Assembly: GCA_964502815.1 (NCBI GenBank)
Contig: CAZCXV010000005.1
Coordinates: forward strand, 2,706 to 66,705
DNA length: 64,000 nt
Reading direction: 5' to 3'
From: an uncultured Gammaproteobacteria bacterium
GTDB lineage: Bacteria; Patescibacteriota; Microgenomatia; UBA8517
Shown here piece after piece: positions 61,701 through 64,000 of the stretch. The notes beneath the pieces are model-generated. The model did no database searches and was not told the origin of the DNA. It saw only the letters and a program-made list of their open reading frames with translations. The position numbers and the translations under genes are program-made. Position 1 is the first letter of the stretch, and each line of letters starts with the position of its first letter.

Positions 61701-63051
61701 TAATGATACAACCGAACTTTTTAACGATGCGACCAGACCAAATATCACGCCAAACTCTACGGGTTCAACCATACTTATCACTGTTCACGACCGGTTTACT
61801 GGGGGTGGAAATACCGATACTGACGCTGCAGTGCAGATCTACCGTAAAGTTGGTGGTAATCCAACTTGTGGCACAGACACTTTGGTTGGAGACAATTTCA
61901 GCGCTTTTCTGACCAACGGAACTGACATCAATGATGCGACAGGTACATTTCTAGATTCACCAGCGACTACAAGCAATGTCTTTTATACTGTTTGTTCAAG
62001 TTCCAATTCTACTCTCGGAAGCGCCCCAACTAATAATAGGATTGATGTGACTCTTATTGAATTGGGAGCAGATTTGGCAGAGAATTACTTTACTTCTGAT
62101 GAATCAATAGTTCCAGGTGACATCGTTTCCTTGGATCCAAGGTCGCCTTCCTGGGTGAAAAAATCAAATAAGGCCTATGATTCCAACGCCGTTGGAATCG
62201 TATCGACAGTGCCAGCTTTGACTCTTTCAAATGCAGTTGGAATATCGGGCAAAAATGTAGTTCCTGTAGCCTTGGCAGGGAGAGTTCCAGTTAAGGTTTC
62301 TACTGAAAATGGTCGAGTGAAAGCTGGAGACTTTCTAACGACGTCTTCTATACCTGGTGTTGCCATGAAAGCGACCAAGTCGGGTCAAATTATCGGCCAA
62401 GCTCTTCAGGATTTTGGCTATCAAGACCAAGAAATTGGTTTACTTGTCGTTTTTGTCAAAACTGGATATACAAATGGATCGAGATCTTTGAGTACGCTTC
62501 CAAGCGGGGAAAACAGCACGCAGGTCAATTATGAATTGTCAGAAATTGTCACAGACAGACTATTTGCGGATGAACAAATTTCTACAAACAGTTTGAAGAT
62601 CGGTGAAGGTTTAAACATTTCTTCTGGAGGGCTAGTAACTGGCGAAGTTTCTTTTGAAAATTTAGTTAGATTACTGGGAGAGGTAGAGTTTTTAGCAACT
62701 CCGTACTTTAATTCTGATACTGCGGGATTTGCGACTATTAGACAGGGTGCAAAAGCGGTTGAAGTAAAATTCGAAAAAGAGTATACAAATCTGCCCGTTG
62801 TTGTTGCGTCTGCCGACCGCCAGATTCTTTACTCTATAGTAAATGCAACTACCAGAGGGTTTGAAATTCAAATAGCTGACAGCGCCCAAGAAGATATAAA
62901 ATTCAACTGGATTGTCTTGGCTGTCAAAAATCCAAAGATATTTGTAAGTTTGAATGAAGCGGAAAACATTCCAGCGGCTTCACCAATTCCTTCGGTTGAT
63001 AGCGAAAAAAATGATGAGGCAACTAGCTCCGCGCAAGTACTAGTAAATTAA
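58786..63051 (+). CDS. Giant (1421 aa) membrane protein: N-terminal excisionase/MerR-type HTH, TM, extracellular beta-rich fibre/adhesin region
   Basis: LVQISKAALILGVSIDTLRRWDKKGILKAVKSKGKRFY HTH_17. TM VLIPLVLFLVVIFLVSFLFLL. C-terminal ~55-aa module homologous to the C-terminus of 12448..18279. TTG start. Confidence 0.7.
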   Translation: MVKNLPGSLEEENKKLVQISKAALILGVSIDTLRRWDKKGILKAVKSKGKRFYLLEELEKFGKEKTKSSTYANTYANEPEKTEKLDWQVFQWLSSAVESVKKAQVRLLSFNKIIRFSVLIPLVLFLVVIFLVSFLFLLKPRATTEFFNYKLKSQIVNEKGETAAVLAAQTSSEAISSQNIIANYLQGPANISVKILRTIGNEQATEIVLPSEELDQIRQRLGIVGEGDISPNGSLVLRDISQIKIGNEDLLTRLNTEFSKTPDQNTTIETRIGEIKSDSNRLSVNSLDGVSVFSLDLAGILADISADSVKSENIKDGEVKNSDLSQITDTNKVAGSAVQLSSTGGLINSSGLSLSISCSSNQILVWDGDSWECGTQTGGGGGSYLAGNDLDITGTTFDIEATLDSVSTVNFLGTGTINGLDLIDDTSESTIESSIDTLANLTSASSLVTVGTLTGGATGSGFTLNFGSSTLSGNITGTNISGIDISDDTNLSATSGISLTGDQLTATLGTTIANSEIDIDTINFDRLDSSLTLDEATTISSGSALGFSIGNNVTFAVTGTGQIIATDLSCSDCIGSTEISGLTWSEISSTPTTLSGYGITDGLSTSIIQTADGYFGDIYLKDDTSPSHYLQITNAQNLTAAHVLSISTSDADRTLTISANSTISGTNTGDQTITLTGDVTGSGTGSFAATIENDKILEVHLKAVDGATDEECLTYESTVGDFEWQSCGAGGSTTWDAIGDPTLGGAIAMAETTQTMDWNSNDVTALAVDGLTLTYTNDAATDILNQNLLTLANVNTSGSSTTEALLVIDNRDTNEAVTAGIRIISAAGGITKGVDFDDTDIVTDIEFQNDETMDNNTNGQLTFTGVGQTNNGTLTLDLETNSIPTLTSSTDTAIGIDEDLQFIGAQTISTSTGNLTIDSGANTILADATIQLSNAGFASCSTLATDSSGNLTCSGIGDTASFSDTTPAAIADNDTTELFNDATRPNITPNSTGSTILITVHDRFTGGGNTDTDAAVQIYRKVGGNPTCGTDTLVGDNFSAFLTNGTDINDATGTFLDSPATTSNVFYTVCSSSNSTLGSAPTNNRIDVTLIELGADLAENYFTSDESIVPGDIVSLDPRSPSWVKKSNKAYDSNAVGIVSTVPALTLSNAVGISGKNVVPVALAGRVPVKVSTENGRVKAGDFLTTSSIPGVAMKATKSGQIIGQALQDFGYQDQEIGLLVVFVKTGYTNGSRSLSTLPSGENSTQVNYELSEIVTDRLFADEQISTNSLKIGEGLNISSGGLVTGEVSFENLVRLLGEVEFLATPYFNSDTAGFATIRQGAKAVEVKFEKEYTNLPVVVASADRQILYSIVNATTRGFEIQIADSAQEDIKFNWIVLAVKNPKIFVSLNEAENIPAASPIPSVDSEKNDEATSSAQVLVN

Positions 63052-63075
63052 CTGGCTCTGTGCTATATATAGTTT

Positions 63076-63537
63076 ATGAGTGATGATGAAAAAGTTTCGG
63101 AAAATAAATCTCAGTCAGTCTTATTGATTGTTTTAATTGTTTTTCTAATATCGGTGAGTATAACGATAGGGGTAACTACCTATGTCATAAAGAAAAAGCC
63201 TGAAATACTAGGTCTCTCTAAGGGAACTCAAGCTATTCAAGCTGAAACCGAAAAACTTCTGGCCGAAGTGGGAAAATTGATTTCTCTTCCAAATGATGAA
63301 AAACCAACAATAGCTACAGTGTCGGATGTTGAAAAAGTGAAAAATCAGCCTTTCTTTAAGAATGCAAAAAATGGAGACAAAGTGATAATTTATACAAATG
63401 CAAAAAAAGCAATTCTTTATCGACCAAGTGAGAAAAAGATAGTGGAAGTCGGAGCGGTAAATATTAATCAACAAACAAAGGAAGATGAAACTCAAGTTGA
63501 ATCTTCGCCACCTTCTCCAGAAGAAAAACAAAATTAA
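63076..63537 (+). CDS. Small membrane-anchored protein, unknown function
   Basis: Single TM (LLIVLIVFLISVSITIGVTTYVI) followed by a lysine-rich soluble domain. Confidence 0.45.
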   Translation: MSDDEKVSENKSQSVLLIVLIVFLISVSITIGVTTYVIKKKPEILGLSKGTQAIQAETEKLLAEVGKLISLPNDEKPTIATVSDVEKVKNQPFFKNAKNGDKVIIYTNAKKAILYRPSEKKIVEVGAVNINQQTKEDETQVESSPPSPEEKQN

Positions 63538-63560
63538 TTTCTTTTGTTTTAAAAACTTAT

Positions 63561-63600
63561 CAAACACCTCATTGACAGTGATGATTGTGTTTGATATCTT
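63561..63600 (+). promoter_or_regulatory. Promoter (TTGACA-17-TATCTT) flanked by 7-bp inverted repeat CAAACAC/GTGTTTG; candidate operator
   Basis: TTGACA 63572-63577, -10 63595-63600; inverted-repeat arms at 63561-63567 and 63587-63593 bracket the -35. Confidence 0.35.
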
Positions 63601-63621
63601 GTGATTAACTTTAGTTAATAC

Positions 63622-63870
63622 TTGAGCTTAAGACTACATCAGAATATGGATAAAGATATCAAACCCAAGAAAAGACTGAGGATTGACGATCTTCCAGACT
63701 TACTAACTGTCAGAGAAGTAGCGGAGTTTTTGCGTGTTTCTCCCTTAACCATCAAAAGATGGGGAAAAAGAGGAAAGCTTACTCCTATTAGAATTAATTC
63801 CAGGGGAGACAGAAGGTATAAAAAAGAAGCAGTTCTTTGGCTACTTGGCATGACTCCAAAAGAGGACTAA
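63622..63870 (+). CDS. Stand-alone excisionase/MerR-family HTH protein (82 aa), paralogue of the giant-protein N-termini
   Basis: LLTVREVAEFLRVSPLTIKRWGKRGKLTPIRINSRGDRRY. Confidence 0.6.
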   Translation: MSLRLHQNMDKDIKPKKRLRIDDLPDLLTVREVAEFLRVSPLTIKRWGKRGKLTPIRINSRGDRRYKKEAVLWLLGMTPKED

Positions 63871-63871
63871 C

Positions 63872-63892
63872 TTGCAGGGTCTCACCCTGCAG
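63872..63892. terminator. Palindrome TGCAGGGT-CTC-ACCCTGCA, variant of the recurrent GGTGTCACC family
   Basis: 8-9 bp stem immediately after the stop of the HTH gene. Confidence 0.45.
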
Positions 63893-63931
63893 GTACTACT
63901 ATACAATTCCAAACTTTGATATATTGTAAAG

Positions 63932-64000
63932 GTGAGAAAAATAATATCTGTCTTTTTACTATTTATTTTTCTTTTTGGTATTCTTTCTCCCATTCTTCCT
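63932..64000 (+). CDS. Partial ORF (GTG start) opening with a TM helix, truncated by the window end
   Basis: VRKIISVFLLFIFLFGILSPILP; follows the stand-alone HTH gene. Confidence 0.2.
   Translation, partial: MRKIISVFLLFIFLFGILSPILP

Overview
Low-GC (~37%) bacterial window with 57 supported coding or RNA features. Gene content points to a Candidate Phyla Radiation (Patescibacteria)-like organism, not a classical Firmicute: standard genetic code (TGA is a stop), weak or absent Shine-Dalgarno sites, a sortase plus LPXTG surface protein, giant surface proteins, a split ComEC, and sparse metabolism. Housekeeping genes: radA, rho, leuS, comEA-comEC, argS, an M16 peptidase, ndk, gpmI, an atpFHAGDC operon (no atpB or atpE in the window), rsmI, tgt, mreB, a WecB/TagA glycosyltransferase, and uppS with a C-terminal extension. 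There are two tRNAs, Pro-CGG and Arg-CCT. Accessory and unusual content: (i) two giant membrane proteins (1943 and 1421 aa) whose N-termini are cytoplasmic excisionase/MerR-type helix-turn-helix domains followed by one TM helix and a huge extracellular beta-helix or fibre region, plus a third stand-alone copy of the same HTH next to an ORF that opens with a TM helix. (ii) two paralogous AbiEi/AbiEii (type IV toxin-antitoxin, abortive-infection) modules. (iii) an RHH-RelE/ParE type II toxin-antitoxin pair. (iv) a tRNA-Arg(CCT) locus carrying two truncated tRNA 5' halves and an HTH plus LAGLIDADG-like ORF whose C-terminus is encoded by the tRNA 5' half. (v) a recurring 25-nt palindrome, ACCTTCAAGGTGTCACCTTGAAGGT, at gene ends. 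(vi) a surface-protein island with sortase, an LPXTG substrate and Thr-Pro linker repeats. (vii) a cluster of two NMT1/SsuA-like binding proteins, a PAS histidine kinase and a REC-only regulator, with an (ACT)7 microsatellite in the kinase. (viii) a perfect 22-bp tandem duplication that creates the uppS stop codon. No CRISPR array, reverse transcriptase, rRNA or integrase was seen.
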